Assembly (NCBI GenBank): GCA_030615505.1
Contig: JAUWZD010000002.1
Coordinates: 2,436 to 66,435 of the forward strand
From: Spirochaetales bacterium
GTDB lineage: Bacteria > Spirochaetota > Spirochaetia > SZUA-6 > DRHE01
Reading direction: 5' to 3'
DNA length: 64,000 bases
A program made the translations under genes and the position numbers. Positions 11,640 to 21,054 of the stretch are shown here, piece by piece (position 1 is the first letter of the stretch; the number at the start of each line of letters is the position of its first letter). The notes under the pieces were generated by a model. That model was not told the DNA's origin. It saw nothing but the letters and a program-made list of their open reading frames with translations, and ran no database searches.

Positions 11640-12211
11640 ATGAATAATAAATCCGGGAAAAGAGAATTTAATCGTTTTCCAATTGGACTAGGGGACGTCC
11701 ATTTGTAATTAAATAACTGTAAGACGAGAGTAAGGGATTGGGGCGTAATGTTAAAAATAGAGGTCGGTGATCTACAATTTTGTCGGATGGGGTCAGATCC
11801 GCTGTATAGAAAATGATCCAGACATACCTGAGGCAGTATTGATGATTGTCGATTGAAAAACAAAGAAGGTTTTTGTTTTAAGGAAATATGGTACTTTGTG
11901 GGATGGTTTTAAACAGACTATGGAAAACGCCTATAAATATCTCTTCGGTGCAAGAAGCGGATCAGTTCGAATGTGTCACCTGACAACTTGAGGCCGAGCC
12001 GATAATCTCCGATCCTTAAGCGGTAGTAGCTGGGAAAACCTGCAATCTTTTTGACTCCTTTTAGTCCTGCCGGGGAGTCTAACCTTTTCGATCCGGCAAG
12101 GGAAATAAGCCGATCCCCAGCCGTAAAAAACCGGGGATCGGCTCGCGCTGCAATACTTAAAAGAGCTTGTACACGGCGTCGTTGGACATGTCGAAAAGCC
12201 CGGTATCATCT

Positions 12212-12909
12212 TCATAGGCCTTCGAACGGCTGTCTGGAGAAACAACGATCGTGGGTTGGAACCCCTCCATGACCTTCGATCAGTCTATCGACAAGTTGTT
12301 CCTCCCCGCCCCAGCCGCGGATAACTTTTTCGGGCGGCGCCACATCTCTCTGGGTGTTGTATGGCCTATTCTCCAGGCCCCAGCGAAGGTACATCTCAGA
12401 TCCGAGAATCGACAGCGCCCGGGTAGCCTCCACCACCAGGACCTGGGACAGGGCACCCCCTTTGAGAACCCGGGCGGGGTAGATATCTCCCACCTTTCTC
12501 TGAGGATACAAGTCCAACCCTGATTCTCCGTCGGTAAACAGAAGAGTGACAATTCAAAAGGGGTCCATCCTGATGACGCTCCTGCATACCCCAGCCAGTC
12601 CGTCTATCCCCGTGCGAAAATCTACCGCTTCCACCGCCAGCAGAATCCGCATCTGCGGCGTGATCTGTATCAACGCCTTCGATCCAACAACGGCGGTAAA
12701 GCCTCAACCCGCTGCTTCAACCTCGTGTAGTCCAGGACCAGTGTCTGCGCAATATCGCTGATGGAGTGCCGCTCCGACAACTCGGCCGCCGCCTGCCACA
12801 AGCGCTGCGGTATTCGCGAACCCCTTTTTCTGACGCTGCACCAGCTTTGGAACTCCTTCAACACTTCCGCCGGTGTCCGCCGTCCGTCCGGCAAATTCTC
12901 CTGTTTCAT
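12212..12909 (-). other. GC-rich (~60%) degenerate foreign fragment with short ORFs, including one transposase-like HTH. Unassigned mobile-element remnant.
   Basis: Local GC is clearly higher than the flanks. The ORF 12670..12909 (RRTPAEVLKEF...ISDIAQTL) looks like a transposase N-terminal HTH. A perfect 11-bp inverted repeat lies at 12108–12143. No intact gene. Confidence 0.25.
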
Positions 12910-13112
12910 CAGCCATCCTCCTCGTGATCTTTGGATAGCCTATGCTACACCCTCCGGCTGCGATTTCCACGCACGCTCACCGAAAGGACACGATGAATTG
13001 ACCTTGGCATCACGGTATTCCAAAAGCAGAATGACACCTCCCGCCGTAATAAGTATATGTGGGCTCAAAAGCTCAAATAAACCAAACGCTTACAGAACCT
13101 CTATCTTCCTAA

Positions 13113-13783
13113 TATACCCATATACCAAGAGGGCAAAATGTCCTGCAAACGGTATTCAAAGAACATTTTGATGATTTCAGAGAAGTGTATGATGAGAAAT
13201 ATTCAAAAGCATACGGCAAATATCGTATTGATAGAATTAAAGAAGTTGTAGAAGAATTCATAAAATTCGGAGACTATAAAGAAGGTCTTGCTAGAATAAA
13301 ATCCACAGGATGAAACCATGTACCAACCCTGACTGCGGTCATCCACAGGATGCCCGCTGGGTGCCCGCAGGGTGAAACCAAAACCATGATTATTTTGTTC
13401 CCCTATCCTGCAAGGGATTCTATCTATGTCCGTCTTGTCATCAGAAAAGAACCCTCTTGTTTGCAGAACAGATCACACAAGAAGCTCTCTTAAGGCTTCC
13501 GCACAGACAGTGGGTTTTTTGTATTCCCAAGTGCCTTCGAGTGTTTTTCAAGCATGACAGAATGCTGTTCTCCGATATATCCAGGTTGATCTTTCAGATG
13601 CTCCAATCCTACTATGATAAGGTTTTAGCTAATTCTATCCAAACCGGCGGCACCCTGGACGGATCATCCGGATGGGCACATGACATCGAGCAACCCCGCA
13701 CGTACTACGAGAACTCATGCGTTTACTTGAAGTCCTTGTGTCGGGCAGTTCCCTGTGTAAAGCTCATTCAAATGATTGTTTGA
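13113..13783 (+). pseudogene. IS91-family (rolling-circle, HUH Y2) transposase N-terminal fragment. It has no start codon, is interrupted by two repeat-element insertions, and is truncated after the zinc-binding/N-terminal domain.
   Basis: Translation gives FKEHFDDFREVYDEKYSKAYGKYRIDRIKEVVEEFIKFGDYKEGLARIK, then [insert] CTNPDCGH [insert] DYFVPLSCKGFYLCPSCHQKRTLLFAEQITQEALLRLPHRQWVFCIPKCLRVFF. This matches the conserved IS91-family N-terminus (GF-RvrC-CG-SCK-CPSC...HRHWVFTlP). Confidence 0.7.
13302..13386 (+). repeat. Repeat-element copy A. A 17-bp short form (13302–13318) and a 45-bp long form (13342–13386) flank 23 bp of transposase coding sequence.
   Basis: TCCACAGGATGAAACCA, and TCCACAGGATG CCCGCTGGGTG CCCGCAGGGTG AAACCAAAACCA. 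Deleting both restores the transposase reading frame. Confidence 0.7.
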
Positions 13784-13945
13784 AGGGAGCAGAACATGGG
13801 CAAGCAATTCGAACTGTTCGAAGCGGAGGAGAGACATTGGATCGACAGACTGTGGCAGTCGATGCCGCCGAAAGCACGGGGCGAGGTAATCGGAATTAGT
13901 ATCATCTTCTTGACGTATGTGGGATCACCGGTACTCTGATAGCCG

Positions 13946-15213
13946 ATGAGGAAGGTTCCACAGGAGAAATGGCATACGCTTTTGAAAGATCATCACGAGG
14001 GCTATATCTCATGGGAGCAGTTTGAAATAAACCGAAAACGCATCGGGTCGAACGGGCGGCCAGGAAAGGGCCCAGGAGCACCACGGGAGGGGGATGGACT
14101 TCTGCAAGGGATCATTCTCTGCGGACGCTGTGGAAGAAGGATGAGAATCGCTTACGGAAAAGGCTCCAGGCCGACCCATTATAGCTGCGCACAAGCGCGC
14201 AAGCAAACAGGTGCTCCGGTGTGTCAGAGTTTTGGAGCACGCCGGCTGGAGCAAGCAGTGGAAGGACTCTTGTTGGATTGCCTGTCACCGCTGGGCGTAG
14301 AGGCTATGCTGGAAGCGGCGAAGGTGTATACCGAGGATAACGAGGTGGAACGGACCCGATGGAAACAAAACATCGAGAGAGCACACTACGAGATGAATCT
14401 CGCTCGCCGGCAGTATGATGCGGTGGATCCAGAGAATCGGCTTGCCGGAAGGTCCCGACCTTGGGGTTGCTCGGGAGCTGGAAAGACGGTATGAAAAGGC
14501 ACTTAGAGCCATAGAAGAGATTGAGTCGGAAGCGTATTGCCCGATGTCTGATCGAGAACGTAGTGGTAACCTCACCGCGAGAAGGCACAATGCTTATAGC
14601 CCAGGTGCACTGGAAAGGCGGCGAGGTTACAAAGCTCGATGTACTCAAGGGCAAGAGTGGCATTCACCGTTATGTGTCGCCTCTTGAACTCGTTGAGTTA
14701 ATACGTACGCTGGCAACTGAGTTTTCAGACATCCAGATCGCACGCATTTTGCACCGCAAGAGACTGAAGACACCAAAGGGTCGGCCTTTCATGGCTTACC
14801 ATGTAGCCAACGTGCGAAATAAATATAACATTCCTAAGGGTCTACGGGTGCCACTACGAGGGGAAGACGTCTATACGGCAGAAAAAGCAGCAGAACTGTT
14901 GGGTGCCTGTCGAAGTACAATTATCCGGTGGTTAGAAGTTGGCTTGCTACGCGGTTCACAATTGACATCTGGAGCTCCGTGGCGTATCGTAGTAACCAAA
15001 GAGGACATCGAAAGGCTAAAACCGAATGAGGTTGGTGAAGGTAGGTATCCGCTTAAGGGAGCGGCTTCGGCCTTAGGGGTGAGCCAGCAGACCGTTTTGC
15101 AAAAGGTTAAGTCGGGAGAGCTTGAAGCCATTCGAGTGCGAACAGGCAGGCGTGTAGGCTGGAGAATTCGTTTACCCATAAGCATTTACGACAATCAACC
15201 AGCCTTGTTTTAA
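13946..15213 (+). pseudogene. Large serine recombinase, C-terminal two-thirds, split over three frames by frameshifts. The catalytic resolvase domain is absent.
   Basis: Recombinase domain and zinc beta-ribbon (LLQGIILCGRCGRRMRIAY...YSC). A coiled coil in frame 0 (ELERRYEKALRAIEEIE). A C-terminal segment in frame 1 with two excisionase-type HTH motifs. Frames 2, 0 and 1 meet at about 14415–14687. Confidence 0.65.
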
Positions 15214-15232
15214 TGGTTTTATGATTTTGTAT

Positions 15233-15586
15233 CTAAAAGGCTTTTTCCTTAAAATCTCTAAATGTTATTATCTCGATCCTTTTAAACGGATTTAAAACAA
15301 GTAAATCTTTATCACCTGTTATTATATAATCAGCTCCTCCATTTACGGCAGTTTCTAAAATAAAATTATCCTTAACATCTCGACACGCATTTACTCTTTG
15401 CTTTATTTCAACTTTAATACTCCACCTTTGCAGCAAGCGTAACAGAACTAAACGTCTTCTTTTAATAATATATTGTTGAAGTTTAGGCCTTGTAATTACT
15501 CTGAATAATTCGTTAAGCTGCTTCCGGGATGTTAATATTAGCAGATCTTTACTTTCTATTGCATTTTCGAACTCTACTACCTTCAC
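15233..15586 (-). CDS. PIN-domain toxin-like protein (PIN_3-like). It is N-terminally short and may lack the first catalytic Asp.
   Basis: C-terminal DNFILETAVNGGADYIITGDKDLLVLNPF matches the PIN_3 consensus. GTG start, with an in-frame stop 5 codons upstream. Confidence 0.5.
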   Translation of the reverse strand: MKVVEFENAIESKDLLILTSRKQLNELFRVITRPKLQQYIIKRRRLVLLRLLQRWSIKVEIKQRVNACRDVKDNFILETAVNGGADYIITGDKDLLVLNPFKRIEIITFRDFKEKAF

Positions 15587-15800
15587 GATACATCTTCTCT
15601 CTTACTGCTTCAACTTCTTCTGTTATCTCTTCAAATGTAACAGGAATATCTTTTAATTCTTCCTTGACCCTGCTCCACTGGGCAAATAATGTTTTATCAT
15701 CCAGATACTCTGCTAATTTCTCCTGTTCATCAAACGGGAGCTGGTCAATAATATTTTTCACCTGATTAAAATCCAAGTCTATTTTCAAATTGACAGACAT
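15549..15800 (-). CDS. Putative antitoxin partner of the PIN protein.
   Basis: 83-aa acidic ORF directly upstream, overlapping the toxin start by 38 nt. No family recognised. Confidence 0.35.
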   Translation of the reverse strand: MSVNLKIDLDFNQVKNIIDQLPFDEQEKLAEYLDDKTLFAQWSRVKEELKDIPVTFEEITEEVEAVREKMYREGSRVRKCNRK

Positions 15801-15945
15801 ATGTTTCTCCTTCTTCTGTTAATATACAGTATTTATTGTTCTTTTTCTATTCCTTTGCTTTCCTGCCTGATTTAACTGTCAAGAGGCTAGTACTTTTAGG
15901 GAGCGCTTTCAGATAGATAGGTGATGAGGATATTCCCACTCCGCC

Positions 15946-18285
15946 TTAAAACACCTTCTCTAAGACTTCTTCCATACGGTTCACGGGGTGAAACTGAATC
16001 CCCTTTTTTATATGTCCAGGTATCTCTTCAAGATCCTTCTCATTCTGACCGGGAATAATGATCTCCTTAATATTATTTCTCTTTGCAGCTATTACTTTTT
16101 CTTTTAATCCGCCTATGGGGAGAACCTGTCCGACCAAAGACAGCTCTCCTGTCATGGCCAGGGATTTTTTGATCTTCTTTTTTCTTACTAAAGAGAGCAG
16201 ACAGGAAGCCATGGTGATTCCGGCTGAAGGGCCGTCCTTAGGGGTCGCACCGGCGGGGACGTGAAGATGTATCTGATTGTTCTCAAAAAACTCGTGTTTT
16301 ACGCCGAAGTCTTCTGCAATATGCCGTACATAGGTGTAGGCAATATTAGCGGATTCCTGCATGACATTTCCAAGCTGACCGGTTAATCGAAAGCCTTCCT
16401 TTCCGGGATTGGCCACTGCCTCCACAATAAGAATCTCGCCTCCCATTTGAGTCCATGCCAATCCAATGGCCATACCTGGCCTGGTTATCTTTTTAATCCC
16501 CTCTTCAAAAAAGATTGGTTTCCCGAGATATTTTTCCAATTCCTCCTTGGTGATGATTAGCGGTAAAGAGATATTTTCCAATATCACCTGCTTAGCTACT
16601 TTACGATGAATTTTATCCAAAGCCTTTTCATAATTACGAAGACCCGCTTCCCGTGCATATCCTTCCGCTATTTGGAGCAAAGCCGGTTTTTCATATTTTA
16701 TATCAGATCTTTTAATGCCGGTACGCCCTAAGGATTTTGGAATGAGGTATTTTTTTGCAATCGTCATCTTTTCTGAGTTTATATATCCCGAGAGGCGGAT
16801 CACTTCCATGCGGTCTAAAAGCGGGGCCGGTATGGTGTCCACTGTATTTGCCGTGGTCAGGAACAGGATATGGGAGATATCAAAGGGAAGATCCAGGTAA
16901 TGATCACGGAAGGCTACATTCTGTTCGGGATCCAGGACTTCAAGGAGAGCGGATGAGGGATCGCCCTGAAAAGAAACTCCCAGTTTATCGATCTCGTCGA
17001 TCATAAAAACAGGATTCTTCACCTTTACAATTTTCAGGCCCTGGATAATTTTTCCCGGCATGGCCCCAACGTAGGTTCTCCTGTGGCCTTTAATCTCGGC
17101 CTCATCTCTCATTCCTCCCACTGAGAACCGGAAGAATTTTCTGCCTAAGGCCCGAGATATGGATTTCCCCACTGAGGTTTTGCCCACTCCCGGAGGTCCC
17201 ACTAAACAGACAATGGAGCCCTTGGTGTCTTTCTTGAGCTTTCTTACAGCAAGGTATTCTAAAATTCGTTCCTTAACATCTTCAAGCCCATAATGATCCG
17301 CCTCCAGTATTTTTTGAGCCCGTTTCATGTCGATGGCTTCTGGTTTTGGATTATTCCAGGGGAGAGAGATGATGGTTTCTAAGTAATTTCTGGTAACTAT
17401 GAATTCCGATGAGTTTGCATCCATTAAGGAAAACTTCTCCAGTTCCTGCTCAACCTGCTCTGCCACCTCTTTCTCCAGTTTAAGCTTGCTGACTGCTTCC
17501 TTGAACCTTAAATATTCACTGCTCTTAGAATCAACAGGCATACCTAGTTCGGATTTTATTGCCTTGAGCTCTTCTTTAAGGAAATATTCCCTCTGGCTCT
17601 TGGTAATTTTCTCCTGGATCTGTTTCTGGATCTTCTTCTGAATGCTAAGAAGCTCCTGTTCTTTCTTGATAAAAATTAACGCCCTCATCATGCGCTCGTG
17701 CACGTCTACAAGCTCTAGAATCTTCTGCTGTTCCATTCTGTCAATATTAAGTATTGAGGTGATGAAATCGGCTATTTTTCCCGGGTGGTCGATGTTCACC
17801 ATATTCAGGCGCATCTCTTCTGAAAAGAGGGGATTATTTTCCGAAATCTGTTTCATTTCGCTTATCAGGGATCGAGTAAGGGCCCGGACTTCATCTGTCT
17901 CAACATTCTCGTCTTCCAGATAGTTTACGGCTACGCCTATGGGATTTTCCTTATGTATAAACTTCTTGATACTGAAGCGCTTCAGTGTCGAAATAAAGAG
18001 ATTGACCCCGCCGTCCGGCAGGTTTATCTTCTTAATAATCTTAACAGCTGTGCCGATTGTGAATAGATCATCCCCTGACGGGTTTTCAACCTCTGGAGAA
18101 CGGGTAAGAACAAGACCGATAAAGCCGTCGCTGGATATTGATTTTTCCACTATCTTCACATCATCTTCAGTTAGGATCATAAGTGGCATGAAAATACCGG
18201 GGAAAATGGGCTTTCCCGTGATTGGAATTATATATAATTTATTTGGAAGCACCTGGGATGTGGGCACAATCTGTTTGTCAGGCAT
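15946..18285 (-). CDS. lon: ATP-dependent protease Lon.
   Basis: LON N-terminal domain, AAA+ Walker A GPPGVGKTS, and S16 protease Ser in PKDGPSAGITMASCLLSL. Confidence 0.95.
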   Translation of the reverse strand: MPDKQIVPTSQVLPNKLYIIPITGKPIFPGIFMPLMILTEDDVKIVEKSISSDGFIGLVLTRSPEVENPSGDDLFTIGTAVKIIKKINLPDGGVNLFISTLKRFSIKKFIHKENPIGVAVNYLEDENVETDEVRALTRSLISEMKQISENNPLFSEEMRLNMVNIDHPGKIADFITSILNIDRMEQQKILELVDVHERMMRALIFIKKEQELLSIQKKIQKQIQEKITKSQREYFLKEELKAIKSELGMPVDSKSSEYLRFKEAVSKLKLEKEVAEQVEQELEKFSLMDANSSEFIVTRNYLETIISLPWNNPKPEAIDMKRAQKILEADHYGLEDVKERILEYLAVRKLKKDTKGSIVCLVGPPGVGKTSVGKSISRALGRKFFRFSVGGMRDEAEIKGHRRTYVGAMPGKIIQGLKIVKVKNPVFMIDEIDKLGVSFQGDPSSALLEVLDPEQNVAFRDHYLDLPFDISHILFLTTANTVDTIPAPLLDRMEVIRLSGYINSEKMTIAKKYLIPKSLGRTGIKRSDIKYEKPALLQIAEGYAREAGLRNYEKALDKIHRKVAKQVILENISLPLIITKEELEKYLGKPIFFEEGIKKITRPGMAIGLAWTQMGGEILIVEAVANPGKEGFRLTGQLGNVMQESANIAYTYVRHIAEDFGVKHEFFENNQIHLHVPAGATPKDGPSAGITMASCLLSLVRKKKIKKSLAMTGELSLVGQVLPIGGLKEKVIAAKRNNIKEIIIPGQNEKDLEEIPGHIKKGIQFHPVNRMEEVLEKVF

Positions 18286-18312
18286 ATTTTACCTCTTATC
18301 TTTGTAATAGAA

Positions 18313-18339
18313 ATTATAATCCTCCCGGGCAGATGTCAA
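18313..18339 (-). promoter_or_regulatory. Sigma70-like promoter candidate for lon.
   Basis: Minus strand has TTGACA, a 15-nt spacer, then TATAAT about 25 nt upstream of the lon ATG, with SD AAGAGG. Confidence 0.4.
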
Positions 18340-18431
18340 GTTAATATGTTTCGGACAATTGCGGTCTTAGACTGCGATTGGATGGAGCATATTGCTTTGC
18401 CTGGGCTTTCTAAACTATTATACTAAAAGCG

Positions 18432-19187
18432 ATGTTCAGGAATTCCACCACTTTAGCTATAGTGCTCCGTAAGGTCCGAATCGGGGAGATTCATAAAAGA
18501 TTGACAATGCTGACCCCGGAAGCAGGCATGATCAGTGCCATGGCTCACGGCGCCTGTAAGATCAAAAGCCGCTTCAGAACCCTGTCGGAACCTTTTGGCT
18601 ATTTAAGAGTCTATCTTTACCATGATCCTGTAAAAGATCAGTATAAAATTACTGATATGGAGAGCATCGATCCGTTTGAGAGTATTCGAAAGAGTATTGT
18701 TAAGATTTATACTGCTTCTCTGTGGGCTGAGGTTGTTTTAAAAGCTTTTGGCGGTGGAGAAAGCTCAGGCAGCCTTTTCCGCCTATTTTCAAGCTCACTT
18801 AAAGCCTTGAATGAATCCCGTGAGGGAAAGGAGATAATGGTATCGATACAGTTTCTCTTTAGATTTCTATGCTTAATGGGATTCAGCCCGGTGCTTGAGA
18901 CCTGCAGTCAGTGTGCCTCGGCTTTTAAAACCAATGAACCAAGCTTCTTTTCCAGCCGGGATTTATCTTTTCTCTGTTCTCGCTGTGCCAGGCTTAAATC
19001 CATTATACTGCCTGCAGGAGGACGGCGATATTTGGCCAAAACCTCCACCCATTCCCTGGGCAAAGCGCTCAAGGTAGGATTGGAAGATGATTCGGTACGT
19101 GCTTTGAAAGAGGTGCTATATCAGCTCGTACAGGGCGTTTTAGAAGTGAATCTCAACTCCATTAAATCAGGCTCGGGTATTCTATGA
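18432..19187 (+). CDS. recO: DNA repair protein RecO.
   Basis: N-terminal OB-fold region (LTPEAGMISAMAHGACKIKSRF, LSEPFGYLRV) and a C-terminal zinc finger CSQC...CSRC. Confidence 0.65.
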   Translation: MFRNSTTLAIVLRKVRIGEIHKRLTMLTPEAGMISAMAHGACKIKSRFRTLSEPFGYLRVYLYHDPVKDQYKITDMESIDPFESIRKSIVKIYTASLWAEVVLKAFGGGESSGSLFRLFSSSLKALNESREGKEIMVSIQFLFRFLCLMGFSPVLETCSQCASAFKTNEPSFFSSRDLSFLCSRCARLKSIILPAGGRRYLAKTSTHSLGKALKVGLEDDSVRALKEVLYQLVQGVLEVNLNSIKSGSGIL

Positions 19188-19735
19188 GAGTTTTTGCCGC
19201 ACTGCCGATTCCTGAAGCAGTAATCAGCGCCCTCACCGGGGTTGCTGGGACTCTTAAAAAACATTATCATCGTTTGAAAGTGATAAAGCCACAGGGTATT
19301 CATATTACTCTTCTCTTTTTCGGGGAATTAAGTGAAGAACGGATACAGCCGATTATGGAGATCATGGAAAGCCCTGATTTGCATATTGAGAGGATTAAGG
19401 CATCTTTAGGCCCTATAGGCTGTTTCCCTGTGCGGGGAAATCCCAGGGTGATCTACTGCCGTATCGAGGCGGGAAAGGATCAAATTACCGCTTTTTATGG
19501 AAAATTCTATGCTATGGTAAAAAAGTTGAGTGGCCACTATATTAATAATGAGAAGGATTTCATTCCACACATTACCCTGGCCAGAAACAAGTATGAAAGG
19601 ATAGATGCCGGGGTATTCAAGCATCTGCCTGAATTGAAGCAGTCATTCACTATTGACAGCTTTGTTCTCTTTCAATCTATCCTCAAGCCCCAGGGTGCTG
19701 AGTATAGGCCTTTGAAGACCGTGAAATTCCGTTAG
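19184..19735 (+). CDS. thpR: RNA 2',3'-cyclic phosphodiesterase (2H phosphoesterase, LigT/ThpR).
   Basis: Two H-x-T-x motifs (HITLLF and HITLAR). Confidence 0.8.
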   Translation: MRVFAALPIPEAVISALTGVAGTLKKHYHRLKVIKPQGIHITLLFFGELSEERIQPIMEIMESPDLHIERIKASLGPIGCFPVRGNPRVIYCRIEAGKDQITAFYGKFYAMVKKLSGHYINNEKDFIPHITLARNKYERIDAGVFKHLPELKQSFTIDSFVLFQSILKPQGAEYRPLKTVKFR

Positions 19736-19743
19736 GGGCCAGC

Positions 19744-21054
19744 ATGAGAGCTGTGGATCTTATAATGAAGAAGAGAGACGGGAAGGAGCTGTCCAGGCAA
19801 GAGATCGATTTCCTTATTCAGGGTTATGTGAGAGAAGAGATACCTGATTACCAGGTTTCGAGTTTTGCCATGGCCGTTTTTTTTAATGGTATGAGCTTTA
19901 AAGAAACCGGCTATTTAACCCGGGCCATGATTGATTCAGGGGATGTGATAGACCTTTCAAAATTAAATGGAGCTCTGGTGGATAAGCATTCTACCGGTGG
20001 GGTGGGTGATAAGGTCTCTCTGATTCTGGCGCCTTTAGCCGCTGCCTGCGGGCTTATGGTTCCAATGATGAGCGGTAGAGCTTTGGGCCATACCGGGGGT
20101 ACCCTGGATAAGCTCGAATCCATTCCGGGCTACCGGACGGACCTTTCCGTAGATTCTTTCATCATGGGCCTTGAGAAGGTAGGTTTCGCTATGACCGGTC
20201 AGAGCGAGAAGGTGGTGCCGGCAGACCGGAAGATGTATGTACTAAGGGATGTTACAGCTACGGTGGAATCCATTCCCCTTATCACTGCCAGCATTATGTC
20301 TAAGAAGTTTGCCGAGGGGGCGGAGGCTTTTGTTTTCGATGTGAAATGCGGAACCGGAGCTTTTATGAAGAGCATTGAGGATGCTGAAACCCTGGCAGTC
20401 TCTTTGGTCAATACGGGAAAGAGCCTGGACAGGCGCATCAGCGCAGTAATCAGTGATATGAACCAGCCCCTGGGACTCACAGTCGGCAATTTTTTAGAGG
20501 TACGCGAGGCGATTGAATGTCTTAACGGCAGGGGACCGAAAGATCTGATGGATCTCACCCTCCGCTTAACCGGCCACATGCTGCTTTTAAGCGGAATTGC
20601 CTGTAATATTGGATCTGCTGAAGAATTGTGCCGCGTGAAGATAGAAGACGGCTCTGCATGGCAGAAGTTTCTGGATAATGTGGAACTTCAGGGCGGAGAT
20701 CCTGAAATTGTCCTGAATCCGGAAAAAGGACCCAAAGCCGGCCGTGTGGTTTCGCTGTCAGCGCGGGAAGAGGGCTATGTGGAGCGGGTCGATGCATATC
20801 TGGTAGGCCTGGCCGCGGGGCTGCTGGGCTCAAGCCGGGCCAGGAAGGAAGACCCTGTACTGCCGGAGGTAGGGGTAGAGCTTGTAAAAATACAGGGAGA
20901 TTCAGTTAAATTCGGGGATGAGCTTTGCCTTATTCACGGCAGGGATCCCGATAAGATACGGGAAGCTGAAAAGCTTCTAAACAAGGCCTATAAGCTGTCT
21001 GATGAGAAGATATTGCCCTCAAAACGGGTTATGAAAGAAATTGTAAATCAATGA
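19744..21054 (+). CDS. Pyrimidine-nucleoside (thymidine) phosphorylase family protein.
   Basis: DKHSTGGVGDK motif and glycosyltransferase family 3 organisation. Confidence 0.85.
   Translation: MRAVDLIMKKRDGKELSRQEIDFLIQGYVREEIPDYQVSSFAMAVFFNGMSFKETGYLTRAMIDSGDVIDLSKLNGALVDKHSTGGVGDKVSLILAPLAAACGLMVPMMSGRALGHTGGTLDKLESIPGYRTDLSVDSFIMGLEKVGFAMTGQSEKVVPADRKMYVLRDVTATVESIPLITASIMSKKFAEGAEAFVFDVKCGTGAFMKSIEDAETLAVSLVNTGKSLDRRISAVISDMNQPLGLTVGNFLEVREAIECLNGRGPKDLMDLTLRLTGHMLLLSGIACNIGSAEELCRVKIEDGSAWQKFLDNVELQGGDPEIVLNPEKGPKAGRVVSLSAREEGYVERVDAYLVGLAAGLLGSSRARKEDPVLPEVGVELVKIQGDSVKFGDELCLIHGRDPDKIREAEKLLNKAYKLSDEKILPSKRVMKEIVNQ

Noticed and set aside
12280-12707. ORFs 12280..12552 and 12396..12707 (minus).
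   Set aside because: Low-complexity Gly/Arg/Pro-rich translations of GC-rich DNA. Not protein-like.
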